Part shown: positions 49,201-61,099 of the stretch, piece by piece
Layout: the number at the start of each line of letters is the position of its first letter
How positions within the stretch are numbered: position 1 is the first letter of the stretch
Origin: Schmidtea polychroa
Taxonomy: Eukaryota
Assembly (NCBI GenBank): GCA_044892525.1
Contig: CM097888.1
Span: 84,568,001-84,632,000, forward strand
Reading direction: 5' to 3'
DNA length: 64,000 bases
Position numbers and translations under genes: made by a program
The notes under the pieces: model-generated
Database searches by the model: none
Told to the model about the DNA's origin: nothing
What the model saw: only the letters and a program-made list of their open reading frames with translations

Positions 49201-50860
49201 TAGTAAAGGAAAATGTGATGGAAGCAGTATTAGAAAATGCCAAAAGCAGTTGCAAAAAGCAAGAATCCGGAAATCCGAGAAAAATCAATAAATGGTAAAA
49301 TCATCGAAATCGAATGGGGAAAACGGGACAGGTATAGATTAGCTAATGGTCAACAAGATGATGATTAGGAATTTATCAGAAAATGGTTAGGAAGGGTCGA
49401 AAAGCATTCAAATGTATGAAAACAGAAAAACGTTAATTAATTAATTAATTGGCTAATGGAAAACCCGAGCTAGTGGGAAACCTGAGCCAATGGAGAACCC
49501 CAGATATGAAGGAAACCCGAGCTGGGTAAACAAGAAGAAAAGTAAACAGAAGGAAGATTGGGGCCCATTACCTTGACGCAATGATTAAGTGGAAAAGAGC
49601 AAGGAGAAGATAGTGCTTGTAGAAATGCCGGACGGGCCATTAATTATCTTTGTTTGTTGGACCATTATGGGTGACAGCCGAAGCAGATACGTGGAAGCAA
49701 ATGTCAAGTGAGAGATTGGCTCGGCAATAACCATTTGTCATCCTGATTTCGAAGAGTATATAAGGAAGGGGAAAATCAGCGCAAATCGGCATTTTGCCTC
49801 AGCTGGGATTAGAAGAAATCGAGCTTAGGAAAAGGTAAAAACGAATTTAGGAGATTAGGGAAAAAGAAGAGATTGAATAAAAATAAAAAGGGTGAAAAAG
49901 GATCAAATCAAAGAAAAAAAGGAAAACGTTGGTCAAGAGAACCTAAGGAAATAAAAGGGCAATATTATCTTTATCAAAGCATCAACACTGAGCGGAGAAT
50001 CGGTCAAACTCGAAATGTTGGACTATTTATTATTGATTGTGTATAATTGAGAGAAAATATATTTTGATTTCAATATACGTTGGGTCGGCTTATTGTTTTG
50101 ATTTAAAGGACTCGAGGAGTCAGAGGTAACCGACTTAAATTAACTGAAAACCTAACAATTTTATCATAACTAATAATATCATTTTTCCATTCATCTAATG
50201 TGAGTATTTCTCTCTCGGCTCGCTATTATATCTTGGTGATATTCTGTTCTGGCCTTCTTTCTCTCACTGCATAGATCTCTTCTGCAACTATACGAGATTC
50301 ATATAACTTCTTGATTTTTTTATTCACTTCTGTTGTCCCTTTGGTGTCACTTAGACACAATTCTCGTTTTTTCTCATTTTAGTCTTCTCGGCTGCACAGT
50401 ATACCAGCAGATATTCTGTTAAACTTTCCTTGTTTAACTTGTGCCCCAATATTTTATCGACTAACTTTTCTATGATAGTAAAATATTTATCGCGCTCCTC
50501 ACCCGTCTGTCTATAAGACATAGCAGATTGTAAATCCTCTGCCAAATTTGTTTTCTTGACGAATACCTTCCGCAATCTTTCCGCAACATTTGATATTTTG
50601 ATCAACCCCTGCATATATATCTCCTATCTGTTTGTCGATCAGTAATTCGACCATCATATTTTGTCTTGGAGTAGGCATTTGTACCACTTTAAAATATTTA
50701 TCGCATTCTTTAATGAATGTTTCAACATCATCTCCTCTATGATAATCGTTTGGAAATAGCTTCTTTATGAAGAAATCTATAGGCGTGGTCGCCATATTAG
50801 AAGCTGCTAAAACATCTTCTAAATTATTTTTTAAATCCGGTTCAAAAGTTAACGTCATAA
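46211..50860 (-). mobile_element. Ty3/Gypsy LTR retrotransposon remnant (gag-PR-RT, RNase H/IN deleted) with 3' LTR at about 46211-47280
   Basis: gag 50160-50858, protease CLLDTGATV at about 48560-48600, RT 47400-48200 (IDLGNAYYQ, YLDDI, YLGH, LRSFLG). LTR end ...GACCTCAACA at 46211. Confidence 0.85.
48648..50157 (+). mobile_element. Internally deleted Gypsy element nested at the gag/protease junction of the host element
   Basis: 4-bp TSD ATTT (48644-48647, 50158-50161). LTR start TGTTGAGGTCTGTAAATTAAAAT occurs at 48648 and 49116. RNase H fragment TDASNVALG...YTDHNPL...NADATSR lies between. The LTR ends CCTAACA. Confidence 0.88.
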
Positions 50861-51003
50861 TTCCAAATATTTATTTAATGAAATATAATTTTTAATTTAT
50901 AATTTTCAAAAAAAATAATTTTCAGCGTTGAGTAAAATATTTTCAAAACCATTTAATAAAATTTAGTTATTTAAAATATAATTATTTAAAAATTATTTAT
51001 TAA

Positions 51004-51226
51004 CCCTTTCATTCGGGAATTAATTTTTCTTTTTGCGTGTGCTCTTCACAAAATCAACTGAAAAATACTGAAAATGTCACTATTTGGCGCCAAAATTATT
51101 AAAATGTACTAGAACAAATTTCAATTTTCTTAAAAAGTACTTCTCACATCATATTTTCGAAAAGGTACAACAGATATTCAGCACACAAAACTGTGTACAA
51201 TATATTGTACACTCCGTATAAAAGGG
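51004..51226. mobile_element. piggyBac-type MITE, 223 bp
   Basis: TTAA on both sides; TIR CCCTTTCATTCGG / CCCTTTTATACGG. Confidence 0.75.
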
Positions 51227-51245
51227 TTAATAAAATTTCTTTTAA

Positions 51246-53771
51246 CACTAGGACGGCCGGAAATATTTTATACCTTGGAAGGCCAAACCGGTCAATTTGA
51301 CCGGTGCACATATGCTCCTTATTTTCATGCTGAGATTTCTATGATGCAACTCATTTAGCAATACTTTCTTTGTGCTACTAACACGCTTTCAAAATTTAAC
51401 TATTTTTATTCTAACAGTAGTTAATTTATTAAACTACTTACAACAATGAAATAAAAATATTTGTTTAGCTGACACAAAGCTACACTATTTTAAACATTGT
51501 CTTCGCGTTTATTCAGACTGGTATGTATGTATACTTCATTTCTTGTTTATAAATATTCTCTTGCTTTTATTCAAAGATAGTGCTTATTAAAAGTGTAATT
51601 AAGCAAGAATTAAGAGTTCTAAGTTTTGAAATTTGGTAAATTAAAAGAATCAAACGAAAACCTTAACGAAATGTCATAAGACAATATCTAATAATTGTTA
51701 TAGAAAATCTTTGAACTTCTTGGGATAACAAACATTATAAAACCGTGTTTTCATTAGAATCCAATAATAAATTTAACGTTTCTTATTTTACTGACGGAGT
51801 TTTTATCATTATTTTAGAATCAAATATGCCAACTAAAAGAATTGCTGCTCAACGTGCTTTACAGAAGCTATGGAATATTGACGCTGCTCTCTCCGAAGAT
51901 GAAGATCAGCCTATGGGAAGTGATGATGAGCCCGAAAGAAATGATTCTGACGAAGAGTTACATGAATGGAACTCTGATGATAATGGAAGTTCGTTAGAAA
52001 GTGACAATGAGTCAGTTAATAGCTCAATTTCTTCATTAGAAAATCAGCTTTTATCTAGCAGGGATGGCACTCTTTGGAATCGAGTAGAAAACAATCACGC
52101 TATTAGTGTTGGCAGATTCCCCGCGCACAATATTTTTAGTGGAACACCTGGTGTGAAAGCTTTTGCAAAGCGCAAAATTGACTCGCCCCTGAGCGCTTGG
52201 CGCTTGATAGTCTCTGAGGGAATGCTGAAGTTAATTCAAAAATACACAATTATGAAAGGAAAAGAAGCTTCGTCAGACTGGTGTATCAGTCTACAAGAAT
52301 TAGATGCTTTTCTTGGATTGCTTTATCTCCGTGGTGTGTTAGGCTTTCGCCGACATTCTATCAATTCAATCTGGTCATCTCAATTTGGATCTCCTTACTT
52401 CAGAGAAGTCATGTCTCGGAACCGTTTCTGTGAGATACTGCGCTTTCTTCGTTTTGATGAACAATGTTCTCGACGTCAAAGAGTAGAACAAGATAAATAT
52501 GCCCATTTTCGTGAAATATTTGACTTGTTTGTTTCAAACTGTCTTCAAGTTTATGCTCCTAATCCCTTCCTTACTGTCGACGAGCAACTTTTGCCGCTAA
52601 AAAATAGGTGTTGCTTCATCCAATTTATGCCAAATAAGCCTGATAAATTCGGTATCAAATACTGGATTCTCAGTGATGTCAAAACCAAATTTGTCATCAA
52701 TCAAATGCCATATTTAGGGGCTCACGATAGAAACGAACGCTGTGGATTACGGCTGGGTGATTTTGTAGTCAGGAAACTAATGGATCCATTTTTCAATAAA
52801 GGATACAATGTCTGCACTGACAATTTCTTTACAAGTCTCTCACTAGCTGAACATCTCCTTGTAAATCGAACAACATTGGTTGGTACTGTAAGATTAAATT
52901 CACGCTTTTTATCATCAGCTCACTTGGAGAAAAAGCCTCTTTTTGAATCGACTCATTTATCGTGTCAAAACACTGTCACTGTTTCCTATCAAGGCAAATC
53001 GGACAAGAAAGTCATTGTCATGTCAACATTCCATTCTACTGCTAGTATGAGATCTGACGAAAAGAGAAAGCCTGAAATGATACACTTTTATAACAAAAAT
53101 AAGACAGCTGTAGATACCATGGATAGCATGTTGCGTTTATACAGCAGTAAAGCCGCAACAGCAAGATGGCCAGTCGCTACTTTCTATGATTTGTTTGATA
53201 AAGCAGCTCTCAACGCTCATGTTATTTTCAAAGATGCTACGGGATCAACTATAAAAAGAAGGGATTTTATTTTTGAATTAGCTACATCTCTTTGTGAGGA
53301 GTTCAAAAGCCGTCGAACAGCAAGTCCCATCTCTGGTGAACTCTGTTCTGAACAACCAAAATTAAAGAAGCGAAAAACTTGTTCTGCTCCTCATTGTGAT
53401 AACAAATCCGGAGCTATATGCCATGTATGTAGTAAAGTTTACTGTGGAAAACATTCCCAAATGACTGTTAAATGATTCGGTTGTGTGTAAATTATATTTG
53501 GTTTTATATTTTCTAGTATGTAAGATGATTATGTGTGACTTTCTTATGTGTTTCAAGATACCGGTCAAATTGACCGGTTCGGCCTTCCATGGGGATGGCC
53601 TCATTATCTCAGTCGTGACAAATGCTATAATTGAAGCTTTGATATGCACAACAAGTTCACTAAAAATGAATAATTGTCACAAAATATGAGACGTTAATTC
53701 CTTTTCGTTTCCTCACAAAATAAAAATGAAATTGCTTAACGGTCAAAATGACCGCTCTGGCCGTCCTAGTG
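51246..53771 (+). mobile_element. Full-length piggyBac transposon, 2526 bp
   Basis: TTAA TSD, 13-bp TIR CACTAGGACGGCC, and 30-bp subterminal inverted repeats containing ACCGGTCAATTTGACCGGT. Confidence 0.96.
51826..53475 (+). CDS. piggyBac transposase, uninterrupted ORF (about 549 aa)
   Basis: D-D-D triad in TVDEQ, CTDNFFTS and AVDTMD; KPDKFGIK; C-terminal Cys-rich domain C..C...C..C...C..H. Confidence 0.95.
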   Translation: MPTKRIAAQRALQKLWNIDAALSEDEDQPMGSDDEPERNDSDEELHEWNSDDNGSSLESDNESVNSSISSLENQLLSSRDGTLWNRVENNHAISVGRFPAHNIFSGTPGVKAFAKRKIDSPLSAWRLIVSEGMLKLIQKYTIMKGKEASSDWCISLQELDAFLGLLYLRGVLGFRRHSINSIWSSQFGSPYFREVMSRNRFCEILRFLRFDEQCSRRQRVEQDKYAHFREIFDLFVSNCLQVYAPNPFLTVDEQLLPLKNRCCFIQFMPNKPDKFGIKYWILSDVKTKFVINQMPYLGAHDRNERCGLRLGDFVVRKLMDPFFNKGYNVCTDNFFTSLSLAEHLLVNRTTLVGTVRLNSRFLSSAHLEKKPLFESTHLSCQNTVTVSYQGKSDKKVIVMSTFHSTASMRSDEKRKPEMIHFYNKNKTAVDTMDSMLRLYSSKAATARWPVATFYDLFDKAALNAHVIFKDATGSTIKRRDFIFELATSLCEEFKSRRTASPISGELCSEQPKLKKRKTCSAPHCDNKSGAICHVCSKVYCGKHSQMTVK

Positions 53772-53879
53772 TTAAAAAGCTTGTTTAATTTTTCAATTTA
53801 ATATATTCAATTTAAAAATTATTTTAAGTTATTTTAATAGTCCATTATTTATCATTTATATTCATTTATAAGCAGACAA

Positions 53880-56178
53880 GAGATACGGTGCATTCATAGA
53901 CGAACCAAGTGATGAAAGAGTAGAAGATAAATACAGAAGATAAATATCAACGCCCCAATAGAAGATATTTAATTCTCAGCTGACAACACCTCACAAACCT
54001 CATGTATAAACAATATAGAAATAAATAAACGTGATGATTCTGGTAAATTAATTGAATTTCTAAAAGATTTAAGGTTAATGAAAGTGATCTCGAACTGAAT
54101 ATCGAAAGTGATGCGTGTAAAAACAGGTGCTGTAACAAATGCCAATAGCAAGGACACAATGAGCGCAATTGTTTTCTTAATGTGACTTGTTGGGGGTTGT
54201 CAGAGAAATGGACACAGAGCAAGGAAATGATGTCGCATAAAGATGTGTTACAAATGTAAAAGAACGGGACACTCAATGACTCTCCGAATGTGACAAATCC
54301 AGAGAAAAACCAATCGCGAGGAAATGCCGCAGAACATTACAATCAAAAATATGTTGAGAAAAGAATTCATCAGTCAGAAATTAGATAATATCAACCTCCA
54401 ATGTTAGCAAAAGAGCAGTCGATAAATGTAGTAAGATAACCAAATGGCATGAATGAACATGAAAAACTCAACGTAATCGAAGAATTAAGACTACAATATC
54501 TGGAATATGCTATTGTGGTAAGCTGTTTTGGATTAAGTAAATTTATGTTTGTAGTAATGTTTTAGGCTAATAAATTTTTATAATCACTTTAGTTTTTTTT
54601 GTTTTGTATTTTTTATCGTTACGGTTTTCAAAATCCGGTTCGTTCATGTTCCAATAAATAATTTTAGTAACGAGTTAGTGAATGTTATTTCATTTGATTT
54701 TGTTGGGTAGAAAGTGTCATGAGACCTGAGTACGTTCGCGGCATGCAGATACTGAAGTATTTGCATCGAGACGGAATTCGATTGGTTTTCCTCACTCAGT
54801 TGATTGGATCTCGTTCGAAGGGCCTACGATGAGTTCGTCACTGGCATAATTTTATGAACTTTAGTGTATTAGGTTTGTAATGAGGGAAGTAAGATCGATG
54901 GTACATAGAGAAGGTTAATTTTGGGTAATATGATAAAATCCACGAGTAGTTATGGTTTTATACTGGACAGGATTTGAAATATAGGCAGATACCTGGTCAA
55001 TCTTTTAGGAGAATAAGTCGAATATCCTCAAGTACGGCAGAAAGTATAGAAGAATATTTATTAACTGGGAAATGAAGGCTGATTCCTGCGCAAAACCTTT
55101 AAAAATAACATTGGAAAATCCAGAAATGAGGACCACAATTAAATGAATAAATGACAATAATAAAACAAAAGAAGAGATAATTAACAATGACGTACAAACT
55201 TCTATCAGAAGCAGTCCATAACGCGAAAATTAAAATACAATGAGGAGTAGTTTTAGCAATAGAGCTCAATTGCTCATTGATTTTTTGCCATTGCGTACAG
55301 CACCAACATGGTTGTGACCATGGGTACGCAGATAATATAAATTACATGAAGGCATTTAGGAAGAAGTCGATCCGAAATCCATAAGTACTGTTGGGTTTCA
55401 ATTGAAAGTCGGTTCTTTCTCTGACTCATCATGTTCTTATTCAGCCAAATAACTCAAACCCAACACAGAATACTTTATATTTAATCTTTATCACAATTAC
55501 AATTTGTCACTATTTGCACCTTTCTCTCTTGATAATTTTCACTCGATAAGGTAGAAAAAGGGTTAATCAACTTTTCTGGTTCGAGTCCTACCTTGTTCGA
55601 ATTAATATGTTTCTCCTTCAAATTATCGATCGCAGGATTGTGCTTCTTTGCTTTTCTTTTCTCTCTTCGACCAAATGGCGACTTGTTCGCTTCTGAGCTC
55701 TCTTTTTATGCTGTTCATAAGAGGCCAATTATCTAGAAAATTGCGCTAAATTATCCTAAATCAATATTTTTGGGTTTCTAATTTGTTTACCCTTGATTAG
55801 GGTTCAAAATATTCCTCTTTTTATCTCACTTCTCGGGTCTCACTGCGAATCGGATTTCATATGGGCTCGGACTTCCCATTGGCTCGGGTTTTCCATTACT
55901 GATTAATTAATTTTAATTAATTTGTTTTTTCGCATTAAATTTCCTTGTGAACACCTTATTAAATTTGTAATATAATTTCTGAACTCGTCTATCAATTTGG
56001 TGTTCAACCATACCCGATATTGATTTTTGATTTTTATTAAATTTTAACTAATTTTGCACTTTTATTGATTTTACCTATTTTTTGTTATGCTTTACTTTTA
56101 CATATGAATTTTTGGTTTATACGCTAACCCCAACAGTACCCATAGCACATTTAAAATGACACACTCTAAGCGTCAACA
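53880..56178 (+). mobile_element. Second, more decayed copy of the family-A gag element (knuckle triplet plus distal LTR)
   Basis: 54070-54480 is homologous to 9230-9600. 54540-55388 and 56140-56178 are homologous to 11720-12578 and end ...GTCAACA. Confidence 0.8.
55389..56135 (-). mobile_element. Solo LTR (related to 49116-50157) nested in the family-A LTR
   Basis: TGTTGGG...CCCAACA termini and a 4-bp TSD GTAC. Shares ATGGAAAACCCGAGC and terminal GAGTCAGAG...ACCGACTT blocks with the 49-kb LTR. Confidence 0.88.
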
Positions 56179-56514
56179 ATTTCATCAATTCAAAGTTATT
56201 GACTTATGCGATATGTTTTTAAATTTATTTAACCTAACTTTTTTTGAATTCAATATATTTAAATTATATTAAAATTTTCACTAAAATGTTTTCGGTTACT
56301 CATTTCAAAATTGAATAGGAAATTCGCAACTTTATATCAGATAATTATAAAATAATGTAAAGCACGAAGGACTTACACATTTTGAAAGCATATTAATAAT
56401 TATTTTATTGAAGATTACGAAAATTAATAAATATGACGAAATTTTAAATTAATTAAAATAATTGCATTACATAGTAATTGTTTTTATAAGCTAAAATTTA
56501 ATGAATAAAGCGTA

Positions 56515-59500
56515 ATGTTGACAAGAAATCGTCTAACTTCACATTCTTTATCTGAAATTGATCAGGGTTCATTTAAAAGTTTATTGTTTTAGTTTCCATT
56601 TATAAATTATGGATTTACTTAAAATAGATGCTGTAATAAGTGTTGGAAAGGATTTTCAAGCTAAATTACCTCAATTAGAAAAATTAGCTGCTATAAATCA
56701 CTATAAATGTTTAAAAAGAAAATACGAAGTGATGTTATGGAGTACATTTTTCGTGCGGTCACAAGATAAATTACAAGATATTCTTTCTACTGCAAGAATT
56801 CACTACAAGTAATATTTCTATTTTTTATTTTTTATTTTTGAATAGATACACAGAAGAAATGACTTTAGGGCTTATAAAATGGCACAAAGGAGACTTGGAT
56901 GCTGTTCAAAATGATTTAATGAACTATGTTCCTAAAAAAGATTTTTGGAATACTAGTGACAGAGTTAAATTTTTTATGGCGTTAGATTCACATAATAAAA
57001 ATTTCAATATTATTAAGGAACTTGTATGCATTATTTTATTCAATAATTCATAGTTTTATTACTAAATTGACATTAATTTTACAATAACTAGAATTTAATT
57101 ATATTTATAGTTTCCGAATAAGACGATTGGTCAGCTTGTTTCTGCTTATTATTTATTCAAGAAAAATGTTACAGTACTTAGAGATATGAATGTCCTTTTG
57201 TTTCCTGGAGCACCACTAGGAAGTTCAGTTTTGCATAAAATTAAAAAATATGAAAATGCGATGCCTAAGCATTTCGTTTCAAAGTTTGGAGCAATTATTA
57301 AAAATTTATCGCTATCGGTATTAAAATAATTAAAATTTAAATATTATTTTGGTAGAATAATCAGAATGCTGATTTATCAAATCAGCCATTATGGGGTGAT
57401 CACGCATTGGCTGAGTCAGTTAAAAGTGTTATGCGTCAAATAGAAATTAACCAAAATTTGCATTGTGGAAATAAATTTACGGAACAAACTAGAGATGTTT
57501 TGTTCGATCAAGGGAAATATGTCTCCAAAAAAATTAACAAGCATCAGCATCATTGCGTAAATGAACATAAGCAGTACTTTAATTAGTAATGGAACTAATT
57601 TAATTACAAAATTTAGATGGTTGCGAGACTTCTATCATTCGTACAATCATCAAGAGCTTATTCTATACATTCATTCTGGAGATGACAATAAACATGATTT
57701 TCTTAATCAAGAAATTAAAGATAGTAGTAACCTAATTAAAACATTAGAATCAGTAAAAATTATCTTAAATTAATTTTTAATATTTTTGTACCTATGTTCT
57801 AAATTGATGATAAAGATTTATAGAAACAATAGAAACCATGTTTATTCCAATTTTTAAATAGAATGTAATTCAATTTTTTCTAAAATTTCCTAGGTTATAG
57901 GTAAAATGCGGGATGCGTGAAAGCAAAGGGTAAAAAAACGGGAAGACTTTTGTGGGATCATTCAGCGGGAACAATGTTTGAAAAATTTTTATTTGCACAT
58001 TCAAATGAATCTGGTTTTTCGAATTTAACTTCCGTCGATTTAAGAGCATCTAATTCATTTGGGTCCACGTCGTCTGTGGGAATGATGTCGATATCGCCCA
58101 TTCTTGGATGTTTTCTTCCAGATGTTCTACCGGGTCGCTTTCTTTTGTTTTTTCTTAGCTGTGTCAAGTTCACATGTCGACGCGGAATCACTTTTTTCAT
58201 GCCTATGTCAAGTCTTGCTGCATAGATATGATAACAGTTTGATTTAGCTGGGCAGGAACAAGAAATTGTAGGAAAAAGCCGCACCAAATGTTCCCTGAAT
58301 TGTAAAAACAGCCATCTGAGGATTTAAGATGTTATTTGATTTAATAACATGTGGCACTCTTTCATTCGTCGATTTATTTATTGATTTAGGACGATTCGTC
58401 ACAGAGTTAATTGTTTCTGAAGTTGCTGAACTAGACGATTGTTGGGTTCCTCTATTGTGGTAATCTGTACGTACTGATGATTTCCTTCGTCTACTGTTGT
58501 TGGACATCCGGAAGAACGAATTATATCTACTATTTATTCTGGAGTTACGACATGTTTTGACCATGGATTTTGTGTCAATTCTTCTCGTAATTTCCTAATC
58601 CTCTGTATCTTCGTTTAATTTTCGTCAGTTGATATTCTGTCAGTTTAAGTAGACTAAGGGACATTGAATCGATTGGTGCTTCTATCCAGTCCTGTAAACG
58701 TTTGAGGATTGGTTGTAGCACGACTTAGGTTGAAATGTAGAAGTTCCCATGATTGCAGATGATGTATGTTGAAAGGTTGGCTCCATTTTGATTTCATGCC
58801 GATTTCATCCTTTTAGGTGTTTAGAGATGGGAATTCAAGAAGAGAAGTGATGCAATCGAGTGAAAGTTCATCGCTTTTCGTCACACCATAAGTTCTTAGC
58901 CACCATCATAAGAAGGTTTTCAGATAAGGAAAATTTTTGGATGTCATCAGTGATTGCTTTTTCCTGATCAGTCATCATAACCACGTTGTTTGCTTTATTT
59001 ATCTCTGGACATATTAAGTTATCTGTATATGAATCGTGCGTTTCTTGTAACTTCCTTTCATCAAAGTCAGTTTCTCTGAATAAAAGAACTGACAAGTAAA
59101 AGTCTCCAAGTTTGAAAGTAGTGTCATAGGACATCTGTTGTGTGAGAAGATTTGAGTTGGAAGATAATGTGTTCTTTAAGATTTTGATGACATCAGGATG
59201 ATACAATATGACGGACAGATCGGGAAACGTAATGATGTTTTGAATGAATTTCGAATCCTATGCAAACTCATGCAGATTAAAAAAAGTATCCATTGACAAT
59301 TGTCAAAGGTTTCTTTGTATTTTCATACAATTTCTGATTTGTTCGATGTATCTTGGGACAGCTGTTGCTAGGTTGACTTCATTAGCACTGGAACTGACTA
59401 GCGTTTCGTAAAGTCGAGAAGGTTCAGAGGATGATGTAGACTCGATGTCTTTCAGAACATGGGGTTGAGTGCGAACATAATTCATGTTTCCGTATTTCAC

Positions 59501-60320
59501 ATTGCCGTGAGGAAATTAAGCAGCAATCAATTCGTTTCCCTTATATTCAATGACTGAATTTTTGCTTATCCAGACGAGTGAAGTCACCTGCCATGCTGTT
59601 AGGACCATCAGACACTTAGAAGTATATTATACAACAAATTTCCTAAATTTAATATAACTCTCAGTAACTTATTAAACTAATTTTAGTTTCTCAATGATAA
59701 TGTAGTATATTTTAAAAAATTCATATTTCAATATTGGATTTTAAAAATGTATTTCTAACATCAAATTATACCGAAAGCATGTTTATAAATATAAATTCCT
59801 ATAGATAAATTAATAATTTCCACTTCACACTGTTTTTGGTAATTATAACAATGAACCAAGTTATTGATATAAAGCCATAATTTTTTATATACATTAAATT
59901 TCTATAGTTTGCAAACGCTGTTATTCTATAACTCAGTGTATGTTTTGTTTGACAATGTTTAATAAAAATTTATTTGAAATTCAAAAGTAAAATATTTAAA
60001 TGCTTCAGGAAATTATGAATAAATCAAAACAACTAATAGACTCATTCAAACATTACAAGCAACAAAATCCTCAGGTGCAATTTTAACTAATAACTAATTT
60101 TATTATTTTAAAGTTCAATGCTAAATGGACTGAAAGTGACATTCAATTGGCACAGCTAGCAATTAAAGAAGCCGGTGGAGATATAAAATTTGTTGCATCA
60201 GCGTTGGGCGATAAAACTGTAAACATGGTGAAGCATTTTATTTCACTTTATTCACAGCGCTTGCAAATTGATGAAGGAATATGGCAAAATTTATTATTTA
60301 ATTCTGCAAATAAAGTTTAA
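56515..60320 (+). CDS. RCOR: REST corepressor (CoREST)-like ELM2-SANT-SANT protein
   Basis: ELM2 ISVGKDFQAKLP...MLW; SANT1 FWNTSDRVKF...FPNKTIGQLVSAYYLFKK; SANT2 KWTESDIQLA...LGDKTVNMVKHF. One long intron (57753-60008). There is a 1-nt phase conflict at about 57111. Confidence 0.8.
57917..59560 (-). pseudogene. MULE/Mutator-like transposase remnant with SWIM finger, inside a CoREST intron
   Basis: SYDTTFKLGDFYLS, MTDQEKAI and CSCPAKSNCYHI motifs across broken ORFs. Confidence 0.8.
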
Positions 60321-60375
60321 TCGCATTGTTTTTTATGTCAAATGAAAATTAATTGCATTTAAAATTAAATAAAAT

Positions 60376-60920
60376 TTATATTTGTTGAATAGATTTTTGG
60401 AGCAATTTTATATATTTATTTAATGTTAATGAAAATCCTTTTGAAACGGGAGCCAATGAAAATTGTGGTAAAGAAATTGGATGAAATTTTCCAGTGTTAA
60501 TTTTTTCGTCTTTAGTGCGTTTGTTTTTTTGTGATGTTCCAATTTCAAATAGTGGAATGTCTTCTGACCATAGTGAAACAATTTCTGTGTTAGCTTCACT
60601 TTTCAATGAATTTTTATTTAAATCACAAATACTGTTGGTAATTTCAGTTGTCGATTGGATTTCAGTTATAGAAATGTTGGCCAAAATGTAATTCGTATAC
60701 GTTCTGTCGTCTAATGAACTCCAAAATTTTAGTATTCGCATGTACCTTAATATATTAGTTTGTTATTTTTGAGTAACAAAAACATGTTTTTTCTAATGCT
60801 AAAATTATGAGTTTGAATAAAATTTTCTTCATTTAGAAATTGAGATAAAGAACTTACCATCTCGATTAAAAAATTTATCTCGTTTGAATACTATTGGTAA
60901 ATAATGATGTAAGGCATATC
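60376..60920 (-). other. Possible exons of an unidentified gene convergent with CoREST
   Basis: 121-codon ORF preceded by an AG acceptor (about 60746) and an upstream GTAAGT donor (about 60858). No family was recognised. Confidence 0.3.
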
Positions 60921-61099
60921 ACCACATTTGTACTGAACAAGTATTATAGGACGGGGGCAAAAGTTATAGTTAATGTGTGCGCCGAGGTACGGGAGTGAAA
61001 AGTTAAGAGATAATTTCGATTCAGTCCACCCCTTTGATGGGCCAGAAGGCCATTAATTAATAATTAAGTTATTAAATTAAAAATAAAACTGAATGGAGT

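Noticed and set aside
51080-51100. TTTGGCGCCAAA as primer-binding site of the minus-strand Gypsy element
   Set aside because: It lies inside the TTAA-flanked MITE 51004-51226 and is not preceded by an LTR end.
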